Below, piece by piece: positions 44,201 through 60,200 of a stretch of 64,000 bases of DNA. A program made the position numbers and the translations under genes. Numbering within the stretch: position 1 is the stretch's first letter; each line of letters starts with the position of its first letter. This stretch comes from the human T2T-CHM13v2.0 reference genome, Homo sapiens: assembly GCF_009914755.1 (NCBI RefSeq), contig NC_060933.1; one strand, written 5' to 3'. The notes under the pieces are model-generated. The model was not told the DNA's origin. It did not search any database and saw only the letters and a list, made by a program, of their open reading frames with translations.

Positions 44201-46350
44201 ATGGAATGGAATGGAATGGAAAGGAATACATTGGAATCAACCCGAGTGGAATGGAATGGAAAGGACTGGAATGGAGTGGAATGGAATGGAATGGAATGGA
44301 ATGGAAACAACTCGATTGGAATGGAATGGAATGGAATGGAATGGAATTAACCCGAATAGAATGGAATTGAATGGAATGGAAAGGAACGGAATGGAATGGA
44401 ATGGAATGGAATGGAATGGAATCAACCCGACTGCAGGGGAATGGAATGGAATGGAATGCAATGGAATGGATTCAACTTCAATGGAATGGAAAGAATGGAA
44501 TCAACACGAGTGGAATGGCATGGATTGGAATGGAATGGAATGGAATTAACCCGAGTACAAGGGAATGGAATGGAATGGAATGCAATGGAATGGAATCATC
44601 CGTAATGGAATGGAAAGGAATGGAATGGAATGGAATGGAATGGAATAGAATGGAATGGAATCAACTCGATTGCAATCGAATGGAATGGAATGGAATTAAC
44701 CCGAATAAAATGGAATGGAATCGAATGGAACGGAACGGAACGGAATGGAATGGATTGGAATGGAATGGAATGGAATGGAACGGAATGGAATGGAATGGAA
44801 TGGAATGGAATGGAATGGAATCAACGCGAGTGCAGGGGAATGGAATGGAATGGAATGCAATGGAATGGAATCTTCCGGAATGGAATGGAATGGAATGGAA
44901 TGGAATGGAATAAACCCGAGTACAATGGAATGGAGTGGAATGGAATGGAATGGAATGGAACAACCCGAATGGAATGGAATGTAATGGAGAGTAAGGGAGT
45001 TGAATAGAATCAATCCGAATGTAATGGAATGGAATGGAACGGAATGGAATTGAATGGAATGGAATGGAATGCAATGGAATGGAATCAACCCGAGAGCAAT
45101 GGAATGGAGAGGAATGGAATGGAATGGAATGGAAACTACCCGAATGGAATGGAATGTAATGGAGGGTAAGGGAATTGAATAGAATCAATCTGAATCTAAT
45201 GGAATGGAATGGAACGGAATGGAATGGAATGGAATGGAATGGAATGGAATGGAATGGAATGCAATGGAATGGAATGAACCCGAGTGCAATCGAATGGAAT
45301 CGAATGGAATGGAATGCAATGGAATGGATTCAACTTGAATGGAATGGAAAGAATGGAATCAACACGAGTGGAATGGCATGGATTGGAATGGAATGGAATG
45401 GAATCAACCCGAGTACAGGGGAATGGAATGGAATGGAATGCAATGGAATGGAATCATCCGTAATGGAATGGAAAGGAATGGAATGGAATGGAATGGAATG
45501 GAATGGAATGGAATGGAATCAACTCGATTGCAATCGAATGGAATGGAATGGAATTAACCCGAATAGAATGGAATGGAATGGAATGGAACGGAACGGAATG
45601 GAATGGAATGGAATGGAAAGGAATGGAACGGAACGGAACGGAATGGATGAAATGGAATGGAATGGAATGGAATGGAATCAAAGCGAGTGTAAGGGAATGG
45701 AATGGAATGGAATGCAATGGAATGGAATCTTCCGGAATGGAATGGAATGGAATGGAATGGAATGAAATGCAATGGATTCAACTCGATTGCAATGGAATGG
45801 AATAGAATGGAATGGAATGGAATGGAACGGAATGGAATTAACCCGAATAGAATGGAATGGAATGGAATGGAACGGAATGGAACGGAATGGAATGGAATGG
45901 AATGGAATGGAATGGTATGGAATGGAATGGAATGGTACGGAATAGAATGGAATGGAACGAATTGTAATGGAATGGAATTGAATGGAATGGAATGGAATGG
46001 AATGGAATCAACGCGAGTGCAGGGGAATGTAATGGAACGGAATGCAATGGAATGGAATCATCCGGAATGGAATGGAATGGAATGGAATGGAATGGAATGG
46101 AATCAACCCGAGTGCAATGGAATGGAGTGGAATGGAATGGAATGGAATGGAACAACCCGAATGGAATGGAATGTAATGGAGAGTAAGGGAGTTGAATATA
46201 ATCAATCCGAATGTAATGGAATTGGATGCAACGGAATGGAAAGGAATGGAATGGAATGGAATGGAATGCAATGGAATGGAGTCAACCCGAGTACAATGGA
46301 ATGGAATGGAATGGAATGGAATGGAATGGAATGGAATGGAATGGAATGGA
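38201..46350 (+). repeat. ~8.15-kb HSat3 higher-order repeat, copy 1
   Basis: Near-identical to the next copy at +8150/+8140 (ORF pairs 38221/46371, 39006/47156, 40906/49046, 41575/49715, 43676/51816, 45339/53479). Confidence 0.92.
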
Positions 46351-49300
46351 ATTAACCCGAATACAATGGAATGGAATGGAATGGAATGGAATGGAGTGGA
46401 ATGGAATGGAATCAACCCGAGTGCAGGGTAATGGAATGGAATGGAATGCAATGGAATGGAATCATCCGGAATGGAATGGAATGGAATGGAATGCAAAGCA
46501 ATGGAATCAACTCGATTGCAATGGAATGGAATGGAATGGAAAGGAATACATTGGAATCAACCCGAGTGGAATGGAATGGAAAGGACTGGAATGGAGTGGA
46601 ATGGAATGGAATGGAATGGAATGGAAACAACTCGATTGGAATGGAATGGAATGGAATGGAATGGAATTAACCCGAATAGAATGGAATTGAATGGAATGGA
46701 AAGGAACGGAATGGAATGGAATGGAATGGAATGGAATGGAATGGAATGGAATCAACCCGACTGCAGGGGAATGGAATGGAATGGAATGCAATGGAATGGA
46801 TTCAACTTCAATGGAATGGAAAGAATGGAATCAACACGAGTGGAATGGCATGGATTGGAATGGAATGGAATGGAATTAACCCGAGTACAAGGGAATGGAA
46901 TGGAATGGAATGCAATGGAATGGAATCATCCGTAATGGAATGGAAAGGAATGGAATGGAATGGAATGGAATGGAATAGAATGGAATGGAATCAACTCGAT
47001 TGCAATCGAATGGAATGGAATGGAATTAACCCGAATAAAATGGAATGGAATCGAATGGAACGGAACGGAACGGAATGGAATGGATTGGAATGGAATGGAA
47101 TGGAATGGAACGGAATGGAATGGAATGGAATGGAATGGAATGGAATGGAATGGAATCAACCCGAGTGCAGGGGAATGGAATGGAATGGAATGCAATGGAA
47201 TGGAATCAACCCGAGTACAATGGAACGGAATGGAATGGAATGTAATGAAATGTAATGTAATGGAATGGAATGGAATGGAATCAACCCGAGTGCAATGGAA
47301 TGGAGAGGAATGTATGGAATGGAATGGAAACTACCCGAATGGAATGGAATGGAATGGAGTGTAAGGGAATTGAATAGAATCAATCCGAATGGAATGGAAT
47401 GGAATGGAAAGGAATGTAATGTAATGGAATGGAATGGAATCAACCCGAGTGCAGGGGAATGGAATGGAATGGAATGCAATGGAATGGAGTCATCCGGAAT
47501 GGAATGGAATGGAATGCAATGGAATGGAATGGAATGGAATCAACCCGAGTGCAATGGAATGGAGTGAAATGGAATGGAATGGAATAGAGACAACCAGAAT
47601 GGATTGGAATATAATGGAGTGTAAGGGAATTGAATAGAATCAATCTGAATGTAATGAAAGGGTATGGAACGGAATGGAATGGAATGGAATGAAATGGAAT
47701 GCAATGGAATGGAATCAAAACGAGTGCAATCGAATGGAATCGAATGGAATGGAATGCAATGGAATGGATTCAACTTGAATGGAATGGAAAGAATGGAATC
47801 AACACGAGTGGAATGGCATGGATTGGAATGGAATAGAATGGAATCAACCCGAGTATAAGGGAATGGAATGGAATGGAATGCAATGGAATGGAATCATCCG
47901 TAATGGAATGGAAAGGAATGGAATGGAATGGAATGGAATGGAATGGAATGGAATGGAATCAACACGATTGCAATCGAATGGAATGGAATGGAATTAACCC
48001 GAATAGAATGGAATGGAATGGAATGGAACGGAACGGAATGGAATGGAATGGAATGGAATGGAATGGAATGCAACGGAAAGGAAGGGAATGGAATGGAATA
48101 GAATGGAATGGAATGGAATCAACGCGAGTGCAGGGGAATGGAATGGAATGGAATGCAATGGAATGGAATCTTCCGGAATGGAATGGAATGGAATGGAATG
48201 GAATGGAATGGAATCAACCCGAGTGCAATGGAATGGAGTGGAATGGAATGGAATGGAATGGAACAACCCGAATGGAATGGAATGTAATGGAGAGTAAGGG
48301 AGTTGAATAGAATCAATCAGAATGTAATGGAATGGAATGAAACGGAATGGAATTGAATGGAATGGAATGGAATGCAATGGAATGGAATCAACCCGAGTGC
48401 AATGGAATGGAGAGGAATGGAATGCAATGGAATGGAAACTACCCAAATGGAATGGAATGTAATGGAGTGTAAGGGAATTGAATAGAATCAATCCGAATGT
48501 AATGGAATGGTATGGAACGGAATGGAACGGAATGGAATGGAATGGAATGGAATGGAATGGAATGCAATGGAATGGAATCAACCCGAGTGCAATCGAATGG
48601 AATCGAATGGAATGGAATGCAATGGAATGGATTCAACTTGAATGGAATGGAAAGAATGGAATCAACACGAGTGGAATGGCATGGATTGGAATGGAATGGA
48701 ATGGAATCAACCCGAGTACAGGGGAATGGAATGGAATGGAATGCAATGGAATGGAATCATCCGTAAAGGAATGGAAAGGAATGGAATGGAATGGAATGGA
48801 ATGGAATGGAATGGAATGGAATGGAATGGAATCAACTCGATTGCAATCGAATGGAATGGAATGGAATTAACCCGTATAGAATGGAATGGTACGGAACGGA
48901 ATGGAATGGAATGGAATGGAATGGAATTGAATGGAATGGAATGGAACGGAATCAACGCGACTGCAGGGGAATGGAATGGAATGGAATGCAATGGAATGGA
49001 ATCTTCCGGAATGGAATGGAATGGAATGGAATGGAATGAAATGCAATGGATTCAACTCGATTGCAATGGAATGGAATAGAATGGATTGGAATGGAATGGA
49101 ATGGAATTAATTCGAATAGAATGGAATGGAATGGAATGGAACGGAATGGAACGGAATGGAATGGAATGGAATGGAATGGAATGGTATGGAATGCAATGGA
49201 ATGGTACGGAATAGAATGGAATGGAAAGAATTGTAATGGAATGGAATTGAATGGAATGGAATGGAATGGAATGGAATCAACGCGAGTGCAGGGGAATGTA

Positions 49301-52300
49301 ATGGAACGGAATGCAATGGAATGGAATCATCCGGAATGGAATGGAATGGAATGGAATGGAATGGAATGGAATGGAGTGGAATCAACCCGAGAGCAATGGA
49401 ATGGAGTGGAATGGAATGGAATGGAATGGAACAACCCGAATGGAATGGAATGTAATGGAGAGTAAGGGAGTTGAATAGAATCAATCCGAATGTAATGGAA
49501 TGGAATGCAACGGAATGGAATGGAATGGAATGCAATGGAATTGAATCAACCCGAGTACAATGGAATGGAATGGAATGGAATGGAATGGAATGGAATGGAT
49601 TGGAATGGAATGATACGGAATAGAATGGAATGGAACGAAATGGAATGGAATGGAATGGAATGGAATGGAATGGAATGGAATGAAATGGAATGGAATGGAA
49701 TGGAATGAAATGGAATGGAATGGAATGGAATCGTTCCGAGTGGAATAGGAGGGAATGTATTCGAGTGGAATGGAAAGGAATGGTATCAACCAGAGTGGAA
49801 TGGAAGGGAATGGAATGGAATGGAAACTAATAGAATGGAATCAACCCGAGTGGAATGGAATGGAAAGGACTGGAATGGAATGGAATGGAATGGAATCAAC
49901 TCGATTGTAATGGAATGGAATGGCATGGAATGGAATGGAATTAACCCGAATACAATGGAATGGGATGGAATGGAACGGAATGGAGTGGAATGGAATGGAA
50001 TCAACCCGAGTGCAGGAGAATGGAATGGAATGGAATGCAATGGAATGGAATCATCCGGAATGGAATGGAATGGAATGGAATGCAAAGCAATGGAATCAAC
50101 TCGATTGCAATGGAATGGAATGGAATGGAAAGGAATACATTGGAATCAACCCGAGTGGAATGGAATGGAAAGGACTGGAATGGAGTGGAATGGAATGGAA
50201 TGGAATGGAATGGAATCAACTCGATTGGAATGGAATGGAATGGAATGGAATGGAATGGAATTAACCCCAATAGAATGGAATGGAATGGAATGGAACGGAA
50301 CGGAATGGAATGGAATGGAATTGAATGGAATGGAATAAACCCGAGTGCAATGGAATGGAGTGGAATGGAATGGAATGGAATGGAACAACCCGAATGGAAT
50401 GGAATGTAATGGAGAGTAAGGGAGTTGAATAGAATCAATCCGAATGTAATGGAATGGAATGGAACGGAATGGAATTGAATGGAATGGAATGGAATGGAAT
50501 CAACCCGAGTGCAATGGAATGGAGAGGAATGGAATGGAATGGAATGGAAACTACCCGAATGGAATGGAATGTAATGGAGTGTAAGGGAATTGAATAGAAT
50601 CAATCCGAATGTAATGGAATGGAATGGAATGGAATGGAATGGAATGGAATGGAATGGAATGGAATGCAATGGAATGGAATCAACCCGAGTGCAATCGAAT
50701 GGAATCGAATGGAATGGAATGCAATGGAATGGATTCAACTTGAATGGAATGGAAAGAATGGAATCAACACGAGTGGAATGGCATGGATTGGAATGGAATG
50801 GAATGGAATCAACCCGAGTACAGGGGAATGGAATGGAATGGAATGCAATGGAATGGAATCATCCGTAATGGAATGGAAAGGAATGGAATGGAATGGAATG
50901 GAATGGAATGGAATGGAATGGAATCAACTCGATTGCAATCGAATGGAATGGAATGGAATTAACCCGAATAGAATGGAATGGAATGGAATGGAACGCAACG
51001 GAATGGAATGGAATGGAACGGAATGGAATGGAACGGAACAGAACGGAATGGATGGAATGGAATGGAATGGAATGGAATGGAATCAACGCGAGTGCAGGGG
51101 AATGGAATGGAATGGAATGCAATGGAATGGAATCTTCCGGAATGGAATGGAATGGAATGGAATGGAATGGAATGAAATGCAATGGATTCAACTCGATTGC
51201 AATGGAATGGAATAGAATGGAATGGAATGGAATGGAATGGAATGGAATTAACCCGAATAGAATGGAATGGAATGGAATGGAACGGAATGGAACGGAATGC
51301 AATGGAATGGAATGGAATGGAATGGTATGGAATGGAATGGAATGGTACGGAATAGAATGGAATGGAACGAATTGTAATGGAATGGAATTGAATGGAATGA
51401 AATGGAATGGAATGGAATGGAATGGAATCAACGCGAGTGCAGGGGAATGTAATGGAACGAAATGCAATGGAATGGAATCATGCGGAATGGAATGGAATGG
51501 AATGGAATGGAATGGAATGGAATCAACCCGAGTGCAATGGAATGGAGTGGAATGGAATGGAATGGAATGGAACAACCCGAATGGAATGGAATGTAATGGA
51601 GAGTAAGGGAGTTGAATAGAATCAATCCGAATGTAATGGAATGGAATTCAATGGAATGGAAAGGAATGGAATGGAATGGAAAGGAATGGAATGGAATGGA
51701 ATGGAATGGAATACCTTCAAACCGAATGTAATGGAAAGGAATGGAATCAACACGAGTGGAATGGAATGGAATGGAATGGAATCGAATGGAATGGAATAAT
51801 ATGGAATAGAATGGAATGGAACGAAATGGAATGGAACGAAATGGAATGGAATGGAATGGAATGGAATGGAATGGAATGATACGGAATAGAATGGAATGGA
51901 ACGAAATGGAGTGGAATGGAATGGAATGGAATGAAATGGAATGGAATGGAATCGTTCCTAGTGGAATAGGAGGGAATGTATTCGAGTGGAATGGAAAGGA
52001 ATGGTATCAACCAGAGTGGAATGGAAGGGAATGGAATGGAATGGAAACTAATAGAATGGAATCAACCCGAGTGGAATGGAATGGAAAGGACTGGAATGGA
52101 ATGGAATGGAATGGAATCAACTCGATTGTAATGGAATGGAATGGAATGGAATGGAATGGAATGGAATGGAATTAACCCGAATACAATGGAATGGAATGGA
52201 ATGGAATGGAATGGAGTGGAATGGAATGGAATCAACCCGAGTGCAGGGTAATGGAATGGAATGGAATGCAATGGAATGGAATCATCCGGAATGGAATGGA

Positions 52301-55300
52301 ATGGAATGGAATGCAAAGCAATGGAATCAACTCGATTGCAATGGAATGGAATGGAATGGAAAGGAATACATTGGAATCAACCCGAGTGGAATGGAATGGA
52401 AAGGACTGGAATGGAGTGGAATGGAATGGAATGGAATGGAATGGAAACAACTCGATTGGAATGGAATGGAATGGAATGGAATGGAATTAACCCGAATAGA
52501 ATGGAATTGAATGGAATGGAAAGGAACGGAATGGAATGGAATGGAATGGAATGGAATGGAATCAACCCGACTGCAGGGGAATGGAATGGAATGGAATGCA
52601 ATGGAATGGATTCAACTTCAATGGAATGGAAAGAATGGAATCAACACGAGTGGAATGGCATGGATTGGAATGGAATGGAATGGAATTAACCCGAGTACAA
52701 GGGAATGGAATGGAATGGAATGCAATGGAATGGAATCATCCGTAATGGAATGGAAAGGAATGGAATGGAATGGAATGGAATGGAATAGAATGGAATGGAA
52801 TCAACTCGATTGCAATCGAATGGAATGGAATGGAATTAACCCGAATAAAATGGAATGGAATCGAATGGAACGGAACGGAACGGAATGGAATGGATTGGAA
52901 TGGAATGGAATGGAATGGAACGGAATGGAATGGAATGGAATGGAATGGAATGGAATGGAATCAACGCGAGTGCAGGGGAATGGAATGGAATGGAATGCAA
53001 TGGAATGGAATCTTCCGGAATGGAATGGAATGGAATGGAATGGAATGGAATAAACCCGAGTACAATGGAATGGAGTGGAATGGAATGGAATGGAATGGAA
53101 CAACCCGAATGGAATGGAATGTAATGGAGAGTAAGGGAGTTGAATAGAATCAATCCGAATGTAATGGAATGGAATGGAACGGAATGGAATTGAATGGAAT
53201 GGAATGGAATGCAATGGAATGGAATCAACCCGAGAGCAATGGAATGGAGAGGAATGGAATGGAATGGAATGGAAACTACCCGAATGGAATGGAATGTAAT
53301 GGAGGGTAAGGGAATTGAATAGAATCAATCTGAATCTAATGGAATGGAATGGAACGGAATGGAATGGAATGGAATGGAATGGAATGGAATGGAATGGAAT
53401 GCAATGGAATGGAATGAACCCGAGTGCAATCGAATGGAATCGAATGGAATGGAATGCAATGGAATGGATTCAACTTGAATGGAATGGAAAGAATGGAATC
53501 AACACGAGTGGAATGGCATGGATTGGAATGGAATGGAATGGAATCAACCCGAGTACAGGGGAATGGAATGGAATGGAATGCAATGGAATGGAATCATCCG
53601 TAATGGAATGGAAAGGAATGGAATGGAATGGAATGGAATGGAATGGAATGGAATGGAATCAACTCGATTGCAATCGAATGGAATGGAATGGAATTAACCC
53701 GAATAGAATGGAATGGAATGGAATGGAACGGAACGGAATGGAATGGAATGGAATGGAAAGGAATGGAACGGAACGGAACGGAATGGATGAAATGGAATGG
53801 AATGGAATGGAATGGAATGGAATCAAAGCGAGTGCAAGGGAATGGAATGGAATGGAATGCAATGGAATGGAATCTTCCGGAATGGAATGGAATGGAATGG
53901 AATGGAATGAAATGCAATGGATTCAACTCGATTGCAATGGAATGGAATAGAATGGAATGGAATGGAATGGAACGGAATGGAATTAACCCGAATAGAATGG
54001 AATGGAATGGAATGGAACGGAATGGAACGGAATGGAATGGAATGGAATGGAATGGAATGGTATGGAATGGAATGGAATGGTACGGAATAGAATGGAATGG
54101 AACGAATTGTAATGGAATGGAATTGAATGGAATGGAATGGAATGGAATGGAATCAACGCGAGTGCAGGGGAATGTAATGGAACGGAATGCAATGGAATGG
54201 AATCATCCGGAATGGAATGGAATGGAATGGAATGGAATCAACCCGAGTGCAATGGAATGGAGTGGAATGGAATGGAATGGAATGGAACAACCCGAATGGA
54301 ATGGAATGTAATGGAGAGTAAGGGAGTTGAATAGAATCAATCCGAATGTAATGGAATGGAATTCAATGGAATGGAAAGGAATGGAATGGAATGGAAAGGA
54401 ATGGAATGGAATGGAATGGAATGGAATGCCTTCAAACCGAATGTAATGGAAAGGAATGGAATCAACACGAGTGGAATGGAATGGAATGGAATGGAATCGA
54501 ATGGAATGGAATAATATGGAATAGAATGGAATGGAACGAAATGGAATGGAACGAAATGGAATGGAATGGAATGGAATGGAATGGAATGGAATGATACGGA
54601 ATAGAATGGAATGGAACGAAATGGAGTGGAATGGAATGGAATGGAATGAAATGGAATGGAATGGAATCGTTCCTAGTGGAATAGGAGGGAATGTATTCGA
54701 GTGGAATGGAAAGGAATGGTATCAACCAGAGTGGAATGGAAGGGAATGGAATGGAATGGAAACTAATAGAATGGAATCAACCCGAGTGGAATGGAATGGA
54801 AAGGACTGGAATGGAATGGAATGGAATGGAATCAACTCGATTGTAATGGAATGGAATGGAATGGAATGGAATGGAATGGAATGGAATTAACCCGAATACA
54901 ATGGAATGGAATGGAATGGAATGGAATGGAGTGGAATGGAATGGAATCAACCCGAGTGCAGGGTAATGGAATGGAATGGAATGCAATGGAATGGAATCAT
55001 CCGGAATGGAATGGAATGGAATGGAATGCAAAGCAATGGAATCAACTCGATTGCAATGGAATGGAATGGAATGGAAAGGAATACATTGGAATCAACCCGA
55101 GTGGAATGGAATGGAAAGGACTGGAATGGAGTGGAATGGAATGGAATGGAATGGAATGGAAACAACTCGATTGGAATGGAATGGAATGGAATGGAATGGA
55201 ATTAACCCGAATAGAATGGAATTGAATGGAATGGAAAGGAACGGAATGGAATGGAATGGAATGGAATGGAATGGAATCAACCCGACTGCAGGGGAATGGA

Positions 55301-57210
55301 ATGGAATGGAATGCAATGGAATGGATTCAACTTCAATGGAATGGAAAGAATGGAATCAACACGAGTGGAATGGCATGGATTGGAATGGAATGGAATGGAA
55401 TTAACCCGAGTACAAGGGAATGGAATGGAATGGAATGCAATGGAATGGAATCATCCGTAATGGAATGGAAAGGAATGGAATGGAATGGAATGGAATGGAA
55501 TAGAATGGAATGGAATCAACTCGATTGCAATCGAATGGAATGGAATGGAATTAACCCGAATAAAATGGAATGGAATCGAATGGAACGGAACGGAACGGAA
55601 TGGAATGGATTGGAATGGAATGGAATGGAATGGAACGGAATGGAATGGAATGGAATGGAATGGAATGGAATGGAATCAACGCGAGTGCAGGGGAATGGAA
55701 TGGAATGGAATGCAATGGAATGGAATCTTCCGGAATGGAATGGAATGGAATGGAATGGAATGGAATAAACCCGAGTACAATGGAATGGAGTGGAATGGAA
55801 TGGAATGGAATGGAACAACCCGAATGGAATGGAATGTAATGGAGAGTAAGGGAGTTGAATAGAATCAATCCGAATGTAATGGAATGGAATGGAACGGAAT
55901 GGAATTGAATGGAATGGAATGGAATGCAATGGAATGGAATCAACCCGAGAGCAATGGAATGGAGAGGAATGGAATGGAATGGAATGGAAACTACCCGAAT
56001 GGAATGGAATGTAATGGAGGGTAAGGGAATTGAATAGAATCAATCTGAATCTAATGGAATGGAATGGAACGGAATGGAATGGAATGGAATGGAATGGAAT
56101 GGAATGGAATGGAATGCAATGGAATGGAATGAACCCGAGTGCAATCGAATGGAATCGAATGGAATGGAATGCAATGGAATGGATTCAACTTGAATGGAAT
56201 GGAAAGAATGGAATCAACACGAGTGGAATGGCATGGATTGGAATGGAATGGAATGGAATCAACCCGAGTACAGGGGAATGGAATGGAATGGAATGCAATG
56301 GAATGGAATCATCCGTAATGGAATGGAAAGGAATGGAATGGAATGGAATGGAATGGAATGGAATGGAATGGAATCAACTCGATTGCAATCGAATGGAATG
56401 GAATGGAATTAACCCGAATAGAATGGAATGGAATGGAATGGAACGGAACGGAATGGAATGGAATGGAATGGAAAGGAATGGAACGGAACGGAACGGAATG
56501 GATGAAATGGAATGGAATGGAATGGAATGGAATGGAATCAAAGCGAGTGCAAGGGAATGGAATGGAATGGAATGCAATGGAATGGAATCTTCCGGAATGG
56601 AATGGAATGGAATGGAATGGAATGAAATGCAATGGATTCAACTCGATTGCAATGGAATGGAATAGAATGGAATGGAATGGAATGGAACGGAATGGAATTA
56701 ACCCGAATAGAATGGAATGGAATGGAATGGAACGGAATGGAACGGAATGGAATGGAATGGAATGGAATGGAATGGTATGGAATGGAATGGAATGGTACGG
56801 AATAGAATGGAATGGAACGAATTGTAATGGAATGGAATTGAATGGAATGGAATGGAATGGAATGGAATCAACGCGAGTGCAGGGGAATGTAATGGAACGG
56901 AATGCAATGGAATGGAATCATCCGGAATGGAATGGAATGGAATGGAATGGAATGGAATGGAATCAACCCGAGTGCAATGGAATGGAGTGGAATGGAATGG
57001 AATGGAATGGAACAACCCGAATGGAATGGAATGTAATGGAGAGTAAGGGAGTTGAATATAATCAATCCGAATGTAATGGAATTGGATGCAACGGAATGGA
57101 AAGGAATGGAATGGAATGGAATGGAATGCAATGGAATGGAGTCAACCCGAGTACAATGGAATGGAATGGAATGGAATGGAATGGAATGGAATGGAATGGA
57201 ATGGAATGGA
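46351..57210 (+). repeat. HSat3 higher-order repeat, copy 2 (10,860 bp; includes internal 2,715-bp duplication)
   Basis: Offset to copy 3 is 10860-10870 (46371/57231, 47156/58016, 49046/59916), which is ~8145 + 2715. Confidence 0.92.
51520..56960 (+). repeat. 2,715-bp near-perfect tandem duplication inside HOR copy 2
   Basis: ORF pairs 51676/54391, 51816/54531, 52191/54906, 52801/55516, 53315/56030 and 53594/56309 are all exactly +2715. Confidence 0.93.
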
Positions 57211-60200
57211 ATTAACCCGAATACAATGGAATGGAATGGAATGGAATGGAATGGAGTGGAATGGAATGGAATCAACCCGAGTGCAGGGTAATGGAATGGA
57301 ATGGAATGCAATGGAATGGAATCATCCGGAATGGAATGGAATGGAATGGAATGCAAAGCAATGGAATCAACTCGATTGCAATGGAATGGAATGGAATGGA
57401 AAGGAATACATTGGAATCAACCCGAGTGGAATGGAATGGAAAGGACTGGAATGGAGTGGAATGGAATGGAATGGAATGGAATGGAAACAACTCGATTGGA
57501 ATGGAATGGAATGGAATGGAATGGAATTAACCCGAATAGAATGGAATTGAATGGAATGGAAAGGAACGGAATGGAATGGAATGGAATGGAATGGAATGGA
57601 ATGGAATGGAATCAACCCGACTGCAGGGGAATGGAATGGAATGGAATGCAATGGAATGGATTCAACTTCAATGGAATGGAAAGAATGGAATCAACACGAG
57701 TGGAATGGCATGGATTGGAATGGAATGGAATGGAATTAACCCGAGTACAAGGGAATGGAATGGAATGGAATGCAATGGAATGGAATCATCCGTAATGGAA
57801 TGGAAAGGAATGGAATGGAATGGAATGGAATGGAATAGAATGGAATGGAATCAACTCGATTGCAATCGAATGGAATGGAATGGAATTAACCCGAATAAAA
57901 TGGAATGGAATCGAATGGAACGGAACGGAACGGAATGGAATGGATTGGAATGGAATGGAATGGAATGGAACGGAATGGAATGGAATGGAATGGAATGGAA
58001 TGGAATGGAATGGAATCAACCCGAGTGCAGGGGAATGGAATGGAATGGAATGCAATGGAATGGAATCAACCCGAGTACAATGGAACGGAATGGAATGGAA
58101 TGTAATGAAATGTAATGTAATGGAATGGAATGGAATGGAATCAACCCGAGTGCAATGGAATGGAGAGGAATGTATGGAATGGAATGGAAACTACCCGAAT
58201 GGAATGGAATGGAATGGAGTGTAAGGGAATTGAATAGAATCAATCCGAATGGAATGGAATGGAATGGAAAGGAATGTAATGTAATGGAATGGAATGGAAT
58301 CAACCCGAGTGCAGGGGAATGGAATGGAATGGAATGCAATGGAATGGAGTCATCCGGAATGGAATGGAATGGAATGCAATGGAATGGAATGGAATGGAAT
58401 CAACCCGAGTGCAATGGAATGGAGTGAAATGGAATGGAATGGAATAGAGACAACCAGAATGGATTGGAATATAATGGAGTGTAAGGGAATTGAATAGAAT
58501 CAATCTGAATGTAATGAAAGGGTATGAAACGGAATGGAATGGAATGGAATGAAATGGAATGCAATGGAATGGAATCAAAACGAGTGCAATCGAATGGAAT
58601 CGAATGGAATGGAATGCAATGGAATGGATTCAACTTGAATGGAATGGAAAGAATGGAATCAACACGAGTGGAATGGCATGGATTGGAATGGAATAGAATG
58701 GAATCAACCCGAGTATAAGGGAATGGAATGGAATGGAATGCAATGGAATGGAATCATCCGTAATGGAATGGAAAGGAATGGAATGGAATGGAATGGAATG
58801 GAATGGAATGGAATGGAATCAACACGATTGCAATCGAATGGAATGGAATGGAATTAACCCGAATAGAATGGAATGGAATGGAATGGAACGGAACGGAATG
58901 GAATGGAATGGAATGGAATGGAATGGAATGCAACGGAAAGGAAGGGAATGGAATGGAATAGAATGGAATGGAATGGAATCAACGCGAGTGCAGGGGAATG
59001 GAATGGAATGGAATGCAATGGAATGGAATCTTCCGGAATGGAATGGAATGGAATGGAATGGAATGGAATGGAATCAACCCGAGTGCAATGGAATGGAGTG
59101 GAATGGAATGGAATGGAATGGAACAACCCGAATGGAATGGAATGTAATGGAGAGTAAGGGAGTTGAATAGAATCAATCAGAATGTAATGGAATGGAATGA
59201 AACGGAATGGAATTGAATGGAATGGAATGGAATGCAATGGAATGGAATCAACCCGAGTGCAATGGAATGGAGAGGAATGGAATGCAATGGAATGGAAACT
59301 ACCCAAATGGAATGGAATGTAATGGAGTGTAAGGGAATTGAATAGAATCAATCCGAATGTAATGGAATGGTATGGAACGGAATGGAACGGAATGGAATGG
59401 AATGGAATGGAATGGAATGGAATGCAATGGAATGGAATCAACCCGAGTGCAATCGAATGGAATCGAATGGAATGGAATGCAATGGAATGGATTCAACTTG
59501 AATGGAATGGAAAGAATGGAATCAACACGAGTGGAATGGCATGGATTGGAATGGAATGGAATGGAATCAACCCGAGTACAGGGGAATGGAATGGAATGGA
59601 ATGCAATGGAATGGAATCATCCGTAAAGGAATGGAAAGGAATGGAATGGAATGGAATGGAATGGAATGGAATGGAATGGAATGGAATGGAATGGAATGGA
59701 ATCAACTCGATTGCAATCGAATGGAATGGAATGGAATTAACCCGTATAGAATGGAATGGTACGGAACGGAATGGAATGGAATGGAATGGAATGGAATTGA
59801 ATGGAATGGAATGGAACGGAATCAACGCGACTGCAGGGGAATGGAATGGAATGGAATGCAATGGAATGGAATCTTCCGGAATGGAATGGAATGGAATGGA
59901 ATGGAATGAAATGCAATGGATTCAACTCGATTGCAATGGAATGGAATAGAATGGATTGGAATGGAATGGAATGGAATTAATTCGAATAGAATGGAATGGA
60001 ATGGAATGGAACGGAATGGAACGGAATGGAATGGAATGGAATGGAATGGAATGGTATGGAATGCAATGGAATGGTACGGAATAGAATGGAATGGAAAGAA
60101 TTGTAATGGAATGGAATTGAATGGAATGGAATGGAATGGAATGGAATCAACGCGAGTGCAGGGGAATGTAATGGAACGGAATGCAATGGAATGGAATCAT

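Noticed and set aside
38611-44431. 3.6-kb PstI fragment or subunit suggesting DYZ1 (Yq12, ~3.6 kb unit)
   Set aside because: The 3.6 kb is only a sub-spacing within an 8.15-kb period, and the sequence here is dominated by pure GGAAT runs rather than a tandem 3.6-kb unit. Probably coincidental.
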